Positions 1-12,304 of a DNA stretch of 64,000 bases are shown piece by piece. The notes beneath the pieces are model-generated. The model was not told the DNA's origin. It did no database searches and worked only from the letters and a program-made list of their open reading frames with translations. Within the stretch, counting starts at the first letter, position 1, and every line of letters begins with the position of its first letter. Made by a program: the position numbers and the translations under genes. Source of the DNA: a virus; the IMG/VR virus record IMGVR_UViG_3300034073_002480, positions 74,723 through 138,722 of that record; one strand, given 5' to 3'.

Positions 1-605
1 AATGCAAATGAACAAGCAAAGGATACGTAAAAGCGTAGTCCTTCCAAAATATTTGTTGAAACTAAGGTCAAATATAAAGAGGTATAAAGAGCCTTTTTTT
101 CTATGGTATCTGAGATATTTATAAGTTTGTTATATTGTTCACAAACAGTTAATGATCTTGCAAGAATTTCTTTTGTTGTCAAAATATCATCAAAAACAAG
201 ACTGGGGTTGGTATACACATTTTTTATTATGTATGTGTAACTACGACTATGGATGTTCTCAAAAAACTGCCAGATATTTAAGCAAGATTCAAGTTCAGGT
301 AAAGAGGCATATTGTCCTAATGATTGTAATATAGCTCGTCCTTGCACACTATCCAACAAAATCTGATACTGTAGATTAGACGTGAAGATATGACGTTCAC
401 CTTCAGAAAAATCTGCAAAATCTGATACATCTTTAGTAAGATCAAACTCTTCGGGAATCCAGAAATAACTTAACTGTCTCTTAGACAACACCTCTAACTT
501 AGGATGTTTTTGAACATCATAACGTTGTAAACCTAGATCAGCCCCGAAAAATAGAGGCTGATTTAGATAATCGTTAGTGTTCTTGTAATTAATAACACTA
601 CGCAT
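1..605 (-). CDS. nrdB: Ribonucleotide reductase class Ia beta subunit (runs off the window start)
   Basis: Not in the ORF track. Manual translation from ATG at 605: MRSVINYKNTNDYLNQPLFFG...FWIPEEFDLTKD...QILLDSVQGR...WQFFENIHSRSYTYII (diiron EXXH plus the radical Tyr). Directly follows nrdA. Confidence 0.95.
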   Translation of the reverse strand, partial: MRSVINYKNTNDYLNQPLFFGADLGLQRYDVQKHPKLEVLSKRQLSYFWIPEEFDLTKDVSDFADFSEGERHIFTSNLQYQILLDSVQGRAILQSLGQYASLPELESCLNIWQFFENIHSRSYTYIIKNVYTNPSLVFDDILTTKEILARSLTVCEQYNKLINISDTIEKKALYTSLYLTLVSTNILEGLRFYVSFACSFA

Positions 606-606
606 A

Positions 607-2835
607 TTAGATTGCACAAGCTCCTGAATCACATCCTGATTCTGTTTGGTCTGAGTTCATGTCATAAGTATTGTGATAATACAAAGTTTTGATACCCCAC
701 TTGTAAGCATTGAGAATGTCACGCAATACAATTTCCAACGGAATTTGTTGGTTATCATAGAAAAGAGGGTTATAATTAAGATTAGTAGAAATCGCTTGGT
801 CAAAGAATTTCTGCATAATAGCTACAACTTTAAGATAACCTTCATTATTAGGGATAGACCACAAATACTGATACTCTAACGTATTATATTCAGGTGTCAA
901 GATTTTAATAACAGAAGATTTGGAACCTTTGTTCGTAAGAGCCTGTCTTGGTGGTTCAATACCATTAGTAGCATTAGCGCAAATTGCAGAACTTTCACTG
1001 GGCATAATTGCTGTGAGCGTTGAATTACGCAAACCATCCACAGCAATTCTGTGCCTAAGTTCCTCCCAATCATGTTGCAAATCAAAAGAAGCAAAAGAGT
1101 CTACATCTTTTTTGTAAGTATCTATTGGTAGCAATCCATGTGCGTACTTGGTTTCAGCAAATAAATCACAAGCACCTCTCTCTCTAGCAAGATTATTAGA
1201 TGCTATTAACAACCAATACTGAGTAGATTCCGCAATTTGATGTACTTTTTCTCTGGTATGATTAGAGTCCCATTTTAATCCATTTTTAGCTAACCAGTAA
1301 GCAAAATTGATGTACCCAACACCAATATTGCGCCGTAGAAGAGAAGATTTAGCTGCCATTGTAAATGGATACTCTTGGAGATCCACAATAGAATCAAGAG
1401 AACGCACAATAAGATCAGCAAGCTCTGGCATCTCTTTTTCTATGTTTGGATAACCAAGATTAAAAGCTGATAAAATACAAGTTGCAATTTCACCGTTTGG
1501 ATCATCTAGTGATTGGAAAGTCTCTGTTGGTAGCGTAATTTCGAGGCAGAGGTTGGATTGCCAAATCTTTCTAATAAAAGAACTGTGATAATTAGCATGA
1601 TCAATGTTGAAAATATACAACCGACCTGTCTCTGATCTCTCCGTTACAATTTGCAGTAACAAGTCATAAGCATTTATAGTTGTGCGTGGTACAGAGGACT
1701 GCTCGTACTTCAAATATAAATCCTCAAATTCTGGCAAACCGAAAGCAGCTAATAAATCCTGTACATCATTAGGGTTAAACAGACTTATATCTTGTTTTTT
1801 CAACGCACGGTCATAAAACAATCGTGATAATGCAATACCGTAGTCTAATTTCCTAGCACGATTCTCATCATTACCTTTATTATTTTTGAGTACAAGGTAT
1901 TGATCTACATCTGAATGCCAGAAAGGGTAGAAGAGAGTCGCTGACCCTTTTCTTAAACCACCTTGTGAGCATGAACCAATAGTTGATTCAAACATCTTTA
2001 CAAAACCAACAGCACCAGTATGTTTTACTTCACCATTACGAACAGTGGAACCTAAAGCTCTGATAGCACTGAAGTCCAAACCAATGCCAGCACGTTGAGC
2101 TACATATTTACCAAGCACAGTATTTGATGCAAAAATAGAATCTAAAGAATCATCTACACGAATCAACACACAACTTGAATACTGCTTTGTTGGTGTTCGT
2201 ACACCAGCAAGAATAGGAGTTGCAAGACTGATTTTGTGTAGTGAAATAGCGTCATAGTAGCGCCTTACATAGTCCAATCTTGTCTCTTTTGGGTACTGTG
2301 AAAACAAGACAGCAGCAATCAAAATGTAAGCTACTTGTGGTGTTTCATGATAAGTTTGGTGTACACGATGACGAACCAAATATTTGTCGTAAACTTGCTT
2401 CAAACCAGCGTAGGTAAAATTGAAATCTCGTGTGTGGTCAATAAATGATTCAATTTCCAACCACTCGTCCATAGAATAAAGGGTTAGTAAGTCATCCTGA
2501 TATAATTTCTCTTCTACGTTCTTGGTGATTAAACCCACCAAAGATGTTGGTTCAAATTGTTTATAGACTTTCTTACGAATAGAGGTTAACAACAACCGTG
2601 CTGCTGCCCATTGATAATCAGGAGTACGCGGAGTTATAAGATCAACTGCTGATCTAATTAATAGATCTTGTATGGCATCTGTTGTAATACCATCTGTAAA
2701 CTGTAGACGTGCATTCATTTCGATCTGTGAAATTGATACGTTTTCCACACCAGCACAACATACGGAAAGCATTGAATGTATCTTTTCTACGTTGAGGTTT
2801 TCTGTAGTACCGTCTCGCTTCGTTACAGTTAGCAT
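607..2835 (-). CDS. nrdA: Ribonucleotide reductase class Ia alpha subunit with N-terminal ATP cone
   Basis: VTKRDG ATP cone, SSCVL, SNLCLEI catalytic motif, KTLYY, C-terminal CxxxxC (CDSGAC). Confidence 0.97.
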   Translation of the reverse strand: MLTVTKRDGTTENLNVEKIHSMLSVCCAGVENVSISQIEMNARLQFTDGITTDAIQDLLIRSAVDLITPRTPDYQWAAARLLLTSIRKKVYKQFEPTSLVGLITKNVEEKLYQDDLLTLYSMDEWLEIESFIDHTRDFNFTYAGLKQVYDKYLVRHRVHQTYHETPQVAYILIAAVLFSQYPKETRLDYVRRYYDAISLHKISLATPILAGVRTPTKQYSSCVLIRVDDSLDSIFASNTVLGKYVAQRAGIGLDFSAIRALGSTVRNGEVKHTGAVGFVKMFESTIGSCSQGGLRKGSATLFYPFWHSDVDQYLVLKNNKGNDENRARKLDYGIALSRLFYDRALKKQDISLFNPNDVQDLLAAFGLPEFEDLYLKYEQSSVPRTTINAYDLLLQIVTERSETGRLYIFNIDHANYHSSFIRKIWQSNLCLEITLPTETFQSLDDPNGEIATCILSAFNLGYPNIEKEMPELADLIVRSLDSIVDLQEYPFTMAAKSSLLRRNIGVGYINFAYWLAKNGLKWDSNHTREKVHQIAESTQYWLLIASNNLARERGACDLFAETKYAHGLLPIDTYKKDVDSFASFDLQHDWEELRHRIAVDGLRNSTLTAIMPSESSAICANATNGIEPPRQALTNKGSKSSVIKILTPEYNTLEYQYLWSIPNNEGYLKVVAIMQKFFDQAISTNLNYNPLFYDNQQIPLEIVLRDILNAYKWGIKTLYYHNTYDMNSDQTESGCDSGACAI

Positions 2836-4151
2836 TTATACCTCTTGTTCTAGTGTAAGTTCTTGTGGGATATCGGAGTCAGGTGTAAGTAGCAAAACAC
2901 GACCACCTTGTGCCAGTACTTGTTTGATTTGAATAGCAATATCAAACTCTTCTCGTGAAAAAGGTAGATTATAGTACAGAGTTTTATCTGGTGTATAGTC
3001 TAAAACCTGATCCAAATTACCTTCTGTGATTAAACGTAAATATTCAAGTTCATCGCCAGTAGGTTGTAATGTAATAGTTAGATAATCATGTATCATATTT
3101 GTTGATTCTTGAGATTAGTTGTTCGATGATAGGCACATACATACAGCCAGCTTTGTAATAACCATCAACATACGCTTTGGCAAACGCAAGATCTGGTGAC
3201 GCACGAAAAATAGTTGCATAGTGCTGCAACTGTTCGTGTGATGGGCTTATACCTTTTATTCTGTTATTGAACTCTATCTCTGGCAACATACTTAGCGGTT
3301 GGATATAGTTTCTTTATTATACCATCTATTTTGGTAATATCAACTGTGCTAGGTAGTTTGTCAGTAAGGACTTCAATGTAGTTATTAGGTATAAACCGTA
3401 ACCACAAAAACGGTGACTCTTTTCGGGACTCTTGGTGTTTATAGAATCTAGACATGAGAAAAGTATATCACACAAACATACACTCTTCAATATACAGAGA
3501 ATCAAAAGTGTCAAGATAGTCAATCTTAAGCTCTTCTAACCTAACTCGGTCAAAAGAAGTTAATATTGATTGCAATGGCTGGTCACTACCTATCCTTCTA
3601 CCAACAAGAATATATAACCGTTCAGTAGATTCAAGCTGAGTCCGAAGTTTATCAAAATATGTAATTTTAAGATTATTTATAATGCGAAAAACAGCTTCAG
3701 GAGATTGGTAATTGTTAATACTCCTTGCTAATGCCTCATCGTACTCTTTAAATATTTTCATTGCTCTCTACCATTTGTTATAACATAGGTTCTAACCATT
3801 CAACTTTTAGTCTTAGATCATCAAAGTGAGTATATTTTGCAGACTCTAAAGATTTTATAATCAAAAGACCTGTTTGTTCAGAGAACTCGTCTTCGAGGTC
3901 AAACCATTCATACCCATCATCAGAAAACTGAATAACGTAAGCTTCCTGTGTATGTTTACTACCTTTAAAGGGCTGATAATCTAGACGGTATTGTATCATT
4001 ATTATCCTACCATGTGTTTATCTAGTTTCCACTCAGTGTTCAGCACAACAACCAGATTCTCCAATGTATCTGCAAAGTACATATAACCTTCACAGATACA
4101 ACAGTAGACTGGTTCATCAAAGCTTGTAGAGTCATAAAAGATGTTCATATG

Positions 4152-4970
4152 TCAACTCATTACAAATTTAGTAAAAGATACAGTAAGAATAGGAAAATCC
4201 TTCTTACTATAGACAGCAACCTTAGCTTGATTACCATTGACAATACGGTAGTCTTTCATAATAGGTTCTTGAGTCATAGCTTTGTAGGTTTCAGCGACTA
4301 CTCTACCAAAGCCTTTCATCTTGTTGGAGTCAAGTTTAACACCTTTGAACTCAGCAAGCCACTCAGTTAGCGACCATGTTTGGATATCTGCTGGTGCAAG
4401 AATGTACTCTTCTTCAAGACGATCAGCTTCAGATTTTTCGATCTCTTTAATCAACAAAGTCACACCGTTCATAGATTCATCAGCAACACGTTTTACTGTG
4501 CGCCACGACTTAACCTCTTGCGTCAAACTATCAACACTGTTAATCAAGGAATTGACTGTAGTTGTGAGAGATCGGATGTCACTGTCTTCAGCAAAACCAG
4601 TAACTTGCTTGATCCAATTGTGTAGACCTATACTTGCAAACTGTCTTGCTGTAAATTTAGCGGTGTCATTAGCAGCAGATGACTCGAATGCATAGTAGAA
4701 AATGATGTGTGATGCAGCCTCCGTTGTAACAATTCTAGCTTGTTGCTCCGAGGTTAGCCCCAAGTGGAAAAGCTCACCCTCAAACGTTTTCAGGATTTTT
4801 GAGGCTTGTTTTGCCCTATCGCCCGTCAGCATTTTTCTCACAGTGCTTACATCAACACCACACAATCTTGCCAACCCAGAGATAGATACACCCGTTTGTG
4901 CGCCATCTTTTGACACATAAAACTCAATACCATTCTCATCAACTACAGGCTTTACGATTTCAGTTTGCAT
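4152..4970 (-). CDS. Antirepressor-like DNA-binding protein of a type common in cyanobacteria and their phages
   Basis: N-terminal GIEFYV...GVSISGLARLCGV HTH-like segment, central coiled coil, C-terminal FGRVVAETYK domain. Confidence 0.55.
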   Translation of the reverse strand: MQTEIVKPVVDENGIEFYVSKDGAQTGVSISGLARLCGVDVSTVRKMLTGDRAKQASKILKTFEGELFHLGLTSEQQARIVTTEAASHIIFYYAFESSAANDTAKFTARQFASIGLHNWIKQVTGFAEDSDIRSLTTTVNSLINSVDSLTQEVKSWRTVKRVADESMNGVTLLIKEIEKSEADRLEEEYILAPADIQTWSLTEWLAEFKGVKLDSNKMKGFGRVVAETYKAMTQEPIMKDYRIVNGNQAKVAVYSKKDFPILTVSFTKFVMS

Positions 4971-5036
4971 AATTTTTTGTCGTTTTTAATTTACTTCTTT
5001 AGTATAACACACTTTTTGAAGTTAAGTGCATTAAGT

Positions 5037-7769
5037 TTAGTGAACATCTGCCCAAGTCTTGCCAATCATATATTCCGCAGTTAAAGGTACGTTAAGTTTA
5101 TAATACTGACCAGCTTTTTCAACAGCTTGAAGTGCTAAATCTCCTGCTATAGAATAATAAATCTCATAACCGTCTTGAATCTGATGTGTAGCTGACCAGT
5201 TAGGGTTATCAACACGAAACTCACGAATTTCTTGCAAAACCGTAGAAGAGAAAGGTTTACCTTTTTTATTATATTCCCATTCAGTTACAGGAAAAAACTT
5301 GTGCGTGACTAAATCAACCGTTAGTTCATGCTCGGCTTCATCATGCATAGAGATGGTTTGCTGTGCATAGGATTTGTTTCTGTAATCTTCACTCCAAAAA
5401 TCACAAATCAAACCTACTGTTCTCAGCATACGATCATGTATAACCATTGCACGTTTAGCACAGATAACACCTGCTGATTGAAACAAAGCATTGATCAGTG
5501 AAGATTTAGAACGTGTTGGGATTTTACGACCATCAAGACCTAAAATAAACTTTTGCTGACCAATCTTTTGCCAATATTCTTCAAGCTTAGTTTTAAGTAA
5601 AGCTAAAGGTTTGGCGGATTCCCAGTAGGTTTCATGCACAAGTTTACCTGTATCTACATCTACACCAATAGTCTGCGCTACTTTTTTAGGACTACCTCCA
5701 TATGCACAACAGTAGGCAACGGATTTTGCAGGATCTCTTTTAAACTCATAACCAATAACCTCTGATATTTTTCTAGCTGTAATAGTATGACAATCTTGCC
5801 CTAAATCTTTATCACCTAGTAACGAATTGCAGTAAGGTTGTCCCTCAGTGTCATATCTAAATACATAGTGAGCTTGGATTCTAGACTCAAGCGCTCCGAA
5901 GTCGTATCCCTGTAAATAACAGTTATCCTCTACACCAAATAAAGATCTCATGTTCTCACCATACAAAGATGAAACTCTTGGGATATTGCATATCACACGA
6001 TGCTTCATGCGAGAAGTATTACAACCGTTAGAGTCTGCTGGCGAGGGAATCCTACCATCCTCATAGATACGAGAACTAGCTAGAAAACCTGCATCTGGTT
6101 CATCATCATCATTAAAATCATCATCAGGATCATAGGTATCAAACACAAAACCATTAGATGCAATACTGTTTCTTCTATGATTGTAGGTCAGATATTCTGA
6201 CACTTGTTTTGCATACGGAAACTTATCTGCAATCGCAGAAATAGCAGGATCAATTTCTTTTGACATACCAACCGTTAAAGAAGGGTTAGTATATACTTTC
6301 AAAGGTCGGTCTAACCTATGATTGAGTACCTTATTAATAAACTGTGTATTACTACGAACATCCAATTTCTCGAATCTAAACTTCTTGAATGGTGACACCA
6401 ATGTCTGATCAATATATCGTTGAGCAGTTTCTTGATATTTTTCAGGTGTTAATTTCTTCTTTTTGGTATCAACTGTAAGGTCTTTTTCTTTCCACTGTGT
6501 AGGTATCCAGCCCATACTACATAACCAACCTTTAAGATGAGTTACGTCTTGGATCGAAGCTGGTTCTTGCTGACGCAAAGGTTCTGTTGCTATAGGCAAA
6601 GCATAATCATTCCCTTCTATGTTGGCGTACCATTGGTCATTATTGTAGTGTAAAAAACCGTTATGCTTTTGTACCCAATTCTCAATGTTCACAGATAAAG
6701 TTGGTATGCAAGAAAACGGCACTGTATCTTGCTCTAATGGAACCGTAGAAGAAAATGAGTATAATGAGTCATCAATACGCAACCACAATACACCACTAGT
6801 ATCTTCAACAGGTACGTCACTGTAATCCTCTATAATCCCACCAACGGCTTCTGCATACCGCAACATAGCTTGTGATGGTGAGCCGTCTTTCTTGATTTGT
6901 ACTTTAGGTACTTGTGGTGCTTTCTCGTAGATTAATTGTCGTGCAGGTGGAGTCCACAGTTTCAGTTTAGCTTGTGTTAATGGTTTAGCTGGTATTACAG
7001 GTTCTACAAGTTCCCTGAGAGTTTGCATTTTACCGTCAAGATCTACAAGAAGTTCCTGCGCTAACTTAATGTCAAACTTGAAACCTCTATGTGATTGCTT
7101 GGTAATAATATCACGTACAGCTTGTTCTAACAACAAAGCAGAGTGCCAATTCCAGCCTTCCATCTCTCTTTCTAAGTGTAAAAACAATCGTGCAGTAATA
7201 GCAACGTCTGTCCTACAATAGACAAGCATCTCAGGATGGTAGACACGGAACTCTGCACCTTTGGGGTCGGACTTTATAATCAGCCCTAAGTCTATAGCTT
7301 TTTGTCGCCAGTTGATTTTAGGGAAACCAAATTCTTCACCCCAAGATTCCAAACTATGACCACCATATCGTTCAGAGTTGAGCAGTTTAGACATCACCAA
7401 TGTGTCACGAAACACAATAGGTTTGCCATTGAACATATCTTGTTCAGATGGATCACCAGCTACAAAATAGTCAATACCGAAGTAAGCTTTCAAAACTAAC
7501 CAGTCATAATCTAAACCATTTTGTGCAATAAAAAGTTCAACATCTGCATCTATAAAACAAAGCACATCATATGCAAAGTCTTCATGTGTTGCATAATCTG
7601 TACGAACAAAATTTACTTGCTGACCTGTATCAAGGTCAAGAAAACAGATACAGTGGATAACAAAGTTGTCTTTGATTTTATAAGGTGATTGTGTATAGTC
7701 TACTGATGTGTGATCCAAAAGCCCAGACGCTTCAATATCGAACGCCCATCTACCTTGTGTTTGTATCAT
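5037..7769 (-). CDS. Family A (T7-like) DNA polymerase with 3'-5' exonuclease
   Basis: ExoI FDIEA, ExoII NGLDYD, ExoIII YCRTD; motif A DFGALESR; motif B RDPAKSVAYCCAYG (Tyr at the 762-equivalent position, as in T7); motif C MHDE. Confidence 0.95.
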   Translation of the reverse strand: MIQTQGRWAFDIEASGLLDHTSVDYTQSPYKIKDNFVIHCICFLDLDTGQQVNFVRTDYATHEDFAYDVLCFIDADVELFIAQNGLDYDWLVLKAYFGIDYFVAGDPSEQDMFNGKPIVFRDTLVMSKLLNSERYGGHSLESWGEEFGFPKINWRQKAIDLGLIIKSDPKGAEFRVYHPEMLVYCRTDVAITARLFLHLEREMEGWNWHSALLLEQAVRDIITKQSHRGFKFDIKLAQELLVDLDGKMQTLRELVEPVIPAKPLTQAKLKLWTPPARQLIYEKAPQVPKVQIKKDGSPSQAMLRYAEAVGGIIEDYSDVPVEDTSGVLWLRIDDSLYSFSSTVPLEQDTVPFSCIPTLSVNIENWVQKHNGFLHYNNDQWYANIEGNDYALPIATEPLRQQEPASIQDVTHLKGWLCSMGWIPTQWKEKDLTVDTKKKKLTPEKYQETAQRYIDQTLVSPFKKFRFEKLDVRSNTQFINKVLNHRLDRPLKVYTNPSLTVGMSKEIDPAISAIADKFPYAKQVSEYLTYNHRRNSIASNGFVFDTYDPDDDFNDDDEPDAGFLASSRIYEDGRIPSPADSNGCNTSRMKHRVICNIPRVSSLYGENMRSLFGVEDNCYLQGYDFGALESRIQAHYVFRYDTEGQPYCNSLLGDKDLGQDCHTITARKISEVIGYEFKRDPAKSVAYCCAYGGSPKKVAQTIGVDVDTGKLVHETYWESAKPLALLKTKLEEYWQKIGQQKFILGLDGRKIPTRSKSSLINALFQSAGVICAKRAMVIHDRMLRTVGLICDFWSEDYRNKSYAQQTISMHDEAEHELTVDLVTHKFFPVTEWEYNKKGKPFSSTVLQEIREFRVDNPNWSATHQIQDGYEIYYSIAGDLALQAVEKAGQYYKLNVPLTAEYMIGKTWADVH

Positions 7770-8404
7770 ATTTTTCTCTTGTACGTGCTAGAAAACATTC
7801 AGCATCAAATAGATCAAAATCAAAAAAGATAGCTCTAAAAACTTGACGAACAGATCTACGATCTATAATCTTTTTATCAGGGTTTTTCTTTTCATGTTCA
7901 AAGATTTTAGATTGAAAATACTCACAAACCTCCTCGTAACGATTAACCTTATGCTGCCAAATATCTGCATCTACTTGGTTGTCAAAGAAACGATCATCTG
8001 ATGTTTTATAACCAGTAACCACAGATACTTGCTTGTAAACTGGTCTTGCAATGTTACTCATATACTTTTATATCTCTTTTTCTAGCTTGTTCTGTTCTAC
8101 TCTTGGTTTTACATACAGGACAGATTTCATTGTCTGAAACTAAACTTGCATCACAAGCATAGCACCAGTATTTTTTAGAATACCGAGGTTTTTTCTTTTT
8201 CTCACGATTTGTGAGTGGTATTTGTAATTCATCATCCATTCTCTTCTTCAGATATAATCTCAAAATCTTCAACATCGTAGTCATCAATAAAAGCAACAGA
8301 AAAATCAGAAAATATCTGTTTCTTTAAATCTTTTTGGTTCTCGGCTTCATACTCTTTAGTAACTACACCAGTAAATATGACACGGACTTTGTATGTTTTC
8401 ATAG

Positions 8405-10054
8405 TTAAAAAGAATCAGGACTTTGTGGATCGATCTCTTTTTCTTCTACGGTCACAGGTGTTTCCACCACAGGAACATAGAAAGAAAGGTTGTCTTCTGA
8501 TACCCATTCATCACCATTGTCAGCTAGTTGAAAATAGAATAGTTTTTCTTTTTCTTCTAACTTAGTGGCAACAACATCAACAACTAAACCATTATAAACA
8601 ACAGAGTCACCTACAGCATAAGGACAAGTTGTAGATAGTGCAACAACAAGATTACGTTCATCTTGTGACAACAAACGCATCACATTTTGTTTGAGTTGCA
8701 AAGACCAATCTTTTGTAAGGATACGAAGATCCTGTCTAGTTTTACACCGCACTAATGCATCTGCAAGTCGTGATTCATTGCTTATATGAACTAACAATGA
8801 TGATTCGTTGTCAAACCATGCACTGTTTTCAGGTATAGAATACACAAACTCTTTGTTTACACGATCAACCTCAATAATACACATTTCTCGTAGCTTGATT
8901 AGTGCATCCTCGTATTCAGAGCATTTGTTTATACCTAATTTAGCGCGTAATTCTTTATTAGTATATTTTTGGTGTGGTCGTGATGTTAATACACGGATGA
9001 TTTTATTTGACCATCCTTCGATAACAGGGTCAGCATCTTTTTCAGATTCGATCTCCATATGCCATCTACCACCTTCACCACGAACCATAGCTAAAACTAA
9101 AGTACGTGGTAAACCGTTACGAGGATAAGACTGCATTTCTGTTCTAGTTTGACCTTGTTCATTTTTAATCTTTGCAAACTTAAATAAACCATCATTTGCA
9201 GATGCAATAGAAGAGTGTCCTGAAGCACCACCAACATCCTTAGCACTCTTATTAGCATGGTGAATACAGATCCCTGTACAAAAGCCAGATTTAATAAACA
9301 CCTGTTGTAGACGATACATTAGTGGCGCTACTTCTGCACTGTTTTCAGATATACCAGTACCTGATAACATCATACGCAAACTATCAAAAGTTACAAGAGA
9401 TGGTTTGAAATCATAAATCATCTGCTCTAGCCTTGGAATATCTTCTAGAATATTAAATGACTTCTCAATCCTATATACATCACTGTATTTAAGGAAGGTA
9501 GCATTATCATCATCAAAACCCCGTTCAACCATCTTCATTGCAGCTAAAGACGCACCTTCCTCTAAATTAAAATCAAGTACTTTACCCTTTCTAACAGGTA
9601 TACCTAAAAAACTACCAGAGACAAGAATTGAATACTTTAAGTCTAGAATGTATGTTGACTTGCCACTTTTGCCAGATCCGAAGAAAAGATAAAAAGCAGC
9701 AGGTTGAAAAAATGATGGAACTAACCACTCACCTGCTTCACGACCTGCTTCAAGTATTTCACGAAAACTATAGGAACTTTTAAAGTTAGCGTCTAAAGTT
9801 GACTCTTCAAAGTCTAAATGCTCTTTGATCTGTTTTTCTTTGAATCCAAATTTTTCTACCCAACGCTCATATAATTGCACAATAATCTGGTCAGTAACAA
9901 TCTTACGTTGCAAACCTTTATATTGAGCAATAGTGGCTCTCGCCTTTGCTAAATCCGCAGTATAAGCATCTAGAAAACTATGTGTTGGCACAGTCTGTAT
10001 AATAGGTTCTTCTTCATAAACTTGTTCAGAATAATCAATAAATTCTTCATCCAC
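8405..10054 (-). CDS. SF4/RepA-like (AAA_25) replicative helicase
   Basis: Walker A GSGKSGKS, Walker B VTFDS, IHHANK...GASGHSS; coupled to the primase gene. Confidence 0.85.
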   Translation of the reverse strand: MDEEFIDYSEQVYEEEPIIQTVPTHSFLDAYTADLAKARATIAQYKGLQRKIVTDQIIVQLYERWVEKFGFKEKQIKEHLDFEESTLDANFKSSYSFREILEAGREAGEWLVPSFFQPAAFYLFFGSGKSGKSTYILDLKYSILVSGSFLGIPVRKGKVLDFNLEEGASLAAMKMVERGFDDDNATFLKYSDVYRIEKSFNILEDIPRLEQMIYDFKPSLVTFDSLRMMLSGTGISENSAEVAPLMYRLQQVFIKSGFCTGICIHHANKSAKDVGGASGHSSIASANDGLFKFAKIKNEQGQTRTEMQSYPRNGLPRTLVLAMVRGEGGRWHMEIESEKDADPVIEGWSNKIIRVLTSRPHQKYTNKELRAKLGINKCSEYEDALIKLREMCIIEVDRVNKEFVYSIPENSAWFDNESSLLVHISNESRLADALVRCKTRQDLRILTKDWSLQLKQNVMRLLSQDERNLVVALSTTCPYAVGDSVVYNGLVVDVVATKLEEKEKLFYFQLADNGDEWVSEDNLSFYVPVVETPVTVEEKEIDPQSPDSF

Positions 10055-10937
10055 GATAATCCATCCACAAATACACTAAATCTTGAATCTCGTACTCACA
10101 ATCAGCAATATCAAACCCATCATCAGGTGAAGCACCAGACCGTAGAAAAGAAGGATTGATGACTGTACACTCTAGCCCATTACGCCAGCAAGCATTAGCA
10201 ACCATATGTGATTTTTTCCGACCAGCAGTGTCGTTGTCCTCGAAGTATAGCACACCTCGCAAACCGTAGGAAACCAATCTCCGAGCTGCATTGTCTAAAT
10301 ACTCTGGTGTAAAACAAAAACCAGCAGGTGTAAGACATTCATATGTCTGGTTGGTTACTGATACACAACATTTTTCACCTTCAGCCATCATAATATGGTT
10401 GCCTTCTAAGTCAGCTTTAGGCAGTTCACCACTTATTTCTTCGTTGTAGGTAAATAGATGCTGTTCATTAAATAACAACCATTGTTGTGAACCCGTACCT
10501 GACACATAGTTACTGTTTTTTAGATACTGTGGAGCTACAATCTTCTTACCATCTTTACTGATAAATCTAACTGTCTGGTGATAAGCAGTATAAACATAGT
10601 ATTTACGATCAATCTCCTCATCACGCGCACAACGCACGAAATGGCTCTCCAAGGCAAGCAAAACATCACTAGGTATGTACAGAGGTTCAGAGTCTAAATA
10701 ACGTCTAGCGGCGCGTCTAGGTGTACGTAAATTAGTTTTTATATAGGGCGTGTAACGCGCCACAGAATCACGTATCTTTCTAGTAGAGCAGTCATTAGCG
10801 TAGCATTTATAAGCACCTGTAGAAGCATTGATTTTCAGCTTGTGTGTATGACAAACAGGGCAGTCAACCAACAACCAACTACCTTTTTCTTCTACGTTCT
10901 CTAGTTTTTCTGTGTAGTCAAGGATGTTGAAAGTCAT
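10047..10937 (-). CDS. DNA primase (Zn finger + TOPRIM)
   Basis: CPVC...CYANDC zinc finger; AEGEK, EDNDTAG and DIAD TOPRIM motifs. Confidence 0.85.
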   Translation of the reverse strand: MTFNILDYTEKLENVEEKGSWLLVDCPVCHTHKLKINASTGAYKCYANDCSTRKIRDSVARYTPYIKTNLRTPRRAARRYLDSEPLYIPSDVLLALESHFVRCARDEEIDRKYYVYTAYHQTVRFISKDGKKIVAPQYLKNSNYVSGTGSQQWLLFNEQHLFTYNEEISGELPKADLEGNHIMMAEGEKCCVSVTNQTYECLTPAGFCFTPEYLDNAARRLVSYGLRGVLYFEDNDTAGRKKSHMVANACWRNGLECTVINPSFLRSGASPDDGFDIADCEYEIQDLVYLWMDYRG

Positions 10938-12304
10938 ATATAAGACTCAGTTGTACAGTAAGTGTGATCAGGCATTGCAAACTTTTCTTCTGTCTCCGAA
11001 AAACCATATGTTTGTAGTACAGAATATAGTTTATCTGTGTCTTCCTTTGAAGGATTCAACAACATTATGCCTACAAAAAAGCGTCTAACAGGTTCTGGTG
11101 GTTTTTCAGCAGCAACATATTCTATAGATTCAATACCATCAAAAAAGTAGATATCGTCACCAATGTCAACTCTTTGTGAGCCAATATAAGCTTTAATGGT
11201 AAATAACCAGTATGCAGTACCAATCTTCAAGTATATTTGAAGAGTATCTTGATAGTAACCTTGACCACAATCAAAATAACCAGTATCGTACAAGCCATAC
11301 TTCTTGATATCATTTGCAAATTGTTCTGGTGTTGTTACAGTCTCGTTCTCATAAATGTCAATCATACAGCTACACCTTCATCTAAATCTTCTAAAGCAGC
11401 GTTGTAACCTTCATCAAAACCATCCATCCAACCTATTCTGACACCTGCTAGAAAAGCTTGCTCCATAGTAGTGTGAGGGTTTCCCAACAGATACAAACGA
11501 TAGCGAAACTCTGGTGTCCATATATCGTTGTACACAGCATGGTAATCGTCCCACTCTGCAAAACCTAACATCTGATACACTTCTTGTTCAGTAGGACAAC
11601 CTTGTGCATGGTAGGCTAATAATTTATCTTGTAGTTGTTGTATGTTGTATTCTACCATCTTATACTCTTTGTTGGTAAATTTTATAACTGCACAGCATCA
11701 CATTCTAGAAAGTAGTCAAAATAATCAAGAGCTATATTTTCTTTGAAAAAGTGGTGGTGAATGTAATCAACTTGATCTCCAGTAAGTTCTGTAAGTCCAT
11801 ACAGAAGAGGGTCGATTTCATCTTGCAAAAAGTCAACCGTAGAAAGGAAGGTTAGTGCATCTGGTGGTAGTTGTATTTCAAACCCCAAAGCCTCTGTTTG
11901 CTTGTAATAAGCACGTATATATCTATCAACTTGCATATATTTTCTCCAATAAAGATTCTACTTTTCCTATTAGTAATAGTAAAGTAATGTTTTGATAAAG
12001 TTCTAGATTTTCAGACTGTTCTTCATACAAACGGTTAGCTTTTGATAACCAAGTTTCATAATGCTTTGAATTAGATGTTTGAAACAAAATATCATAGAAA
12101 CAGAGTAGATCTTGTTCTGTAACTAATCTATTGACTTGTAATTGTCGGTAAGCATTGTCAATTTCTTCCTGTGTCCACTCTTTTTCTATGGTCATATATT
12201 TCTATTGTTATATCTGGTTTTTTCTTCTCTTCCTTCTTCTTTTCTGGTTTTGATTGAGCATACCATAAACAAGCTGCCACTACCAAACCACCTATGATCT
12301 CCAC

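Noticed and set aside
190-260. Suspected frameshift in nrdB at an A/T run
   Set aside because: Re-translation gives a continuous frame (IHSRSYTYIIKNVY).
538-561. Terminator-like hairpin TCAGCC...GGCTGA
   Set aside because: It lies inside the nrdB coding sequence.
5037-7769. Intein or intron in the DNA polymerase or nrdA
   Set aside because: No intein splice motifs or frame interruptions seen; the extra length in the polymerase is an insertion in the thumb region.
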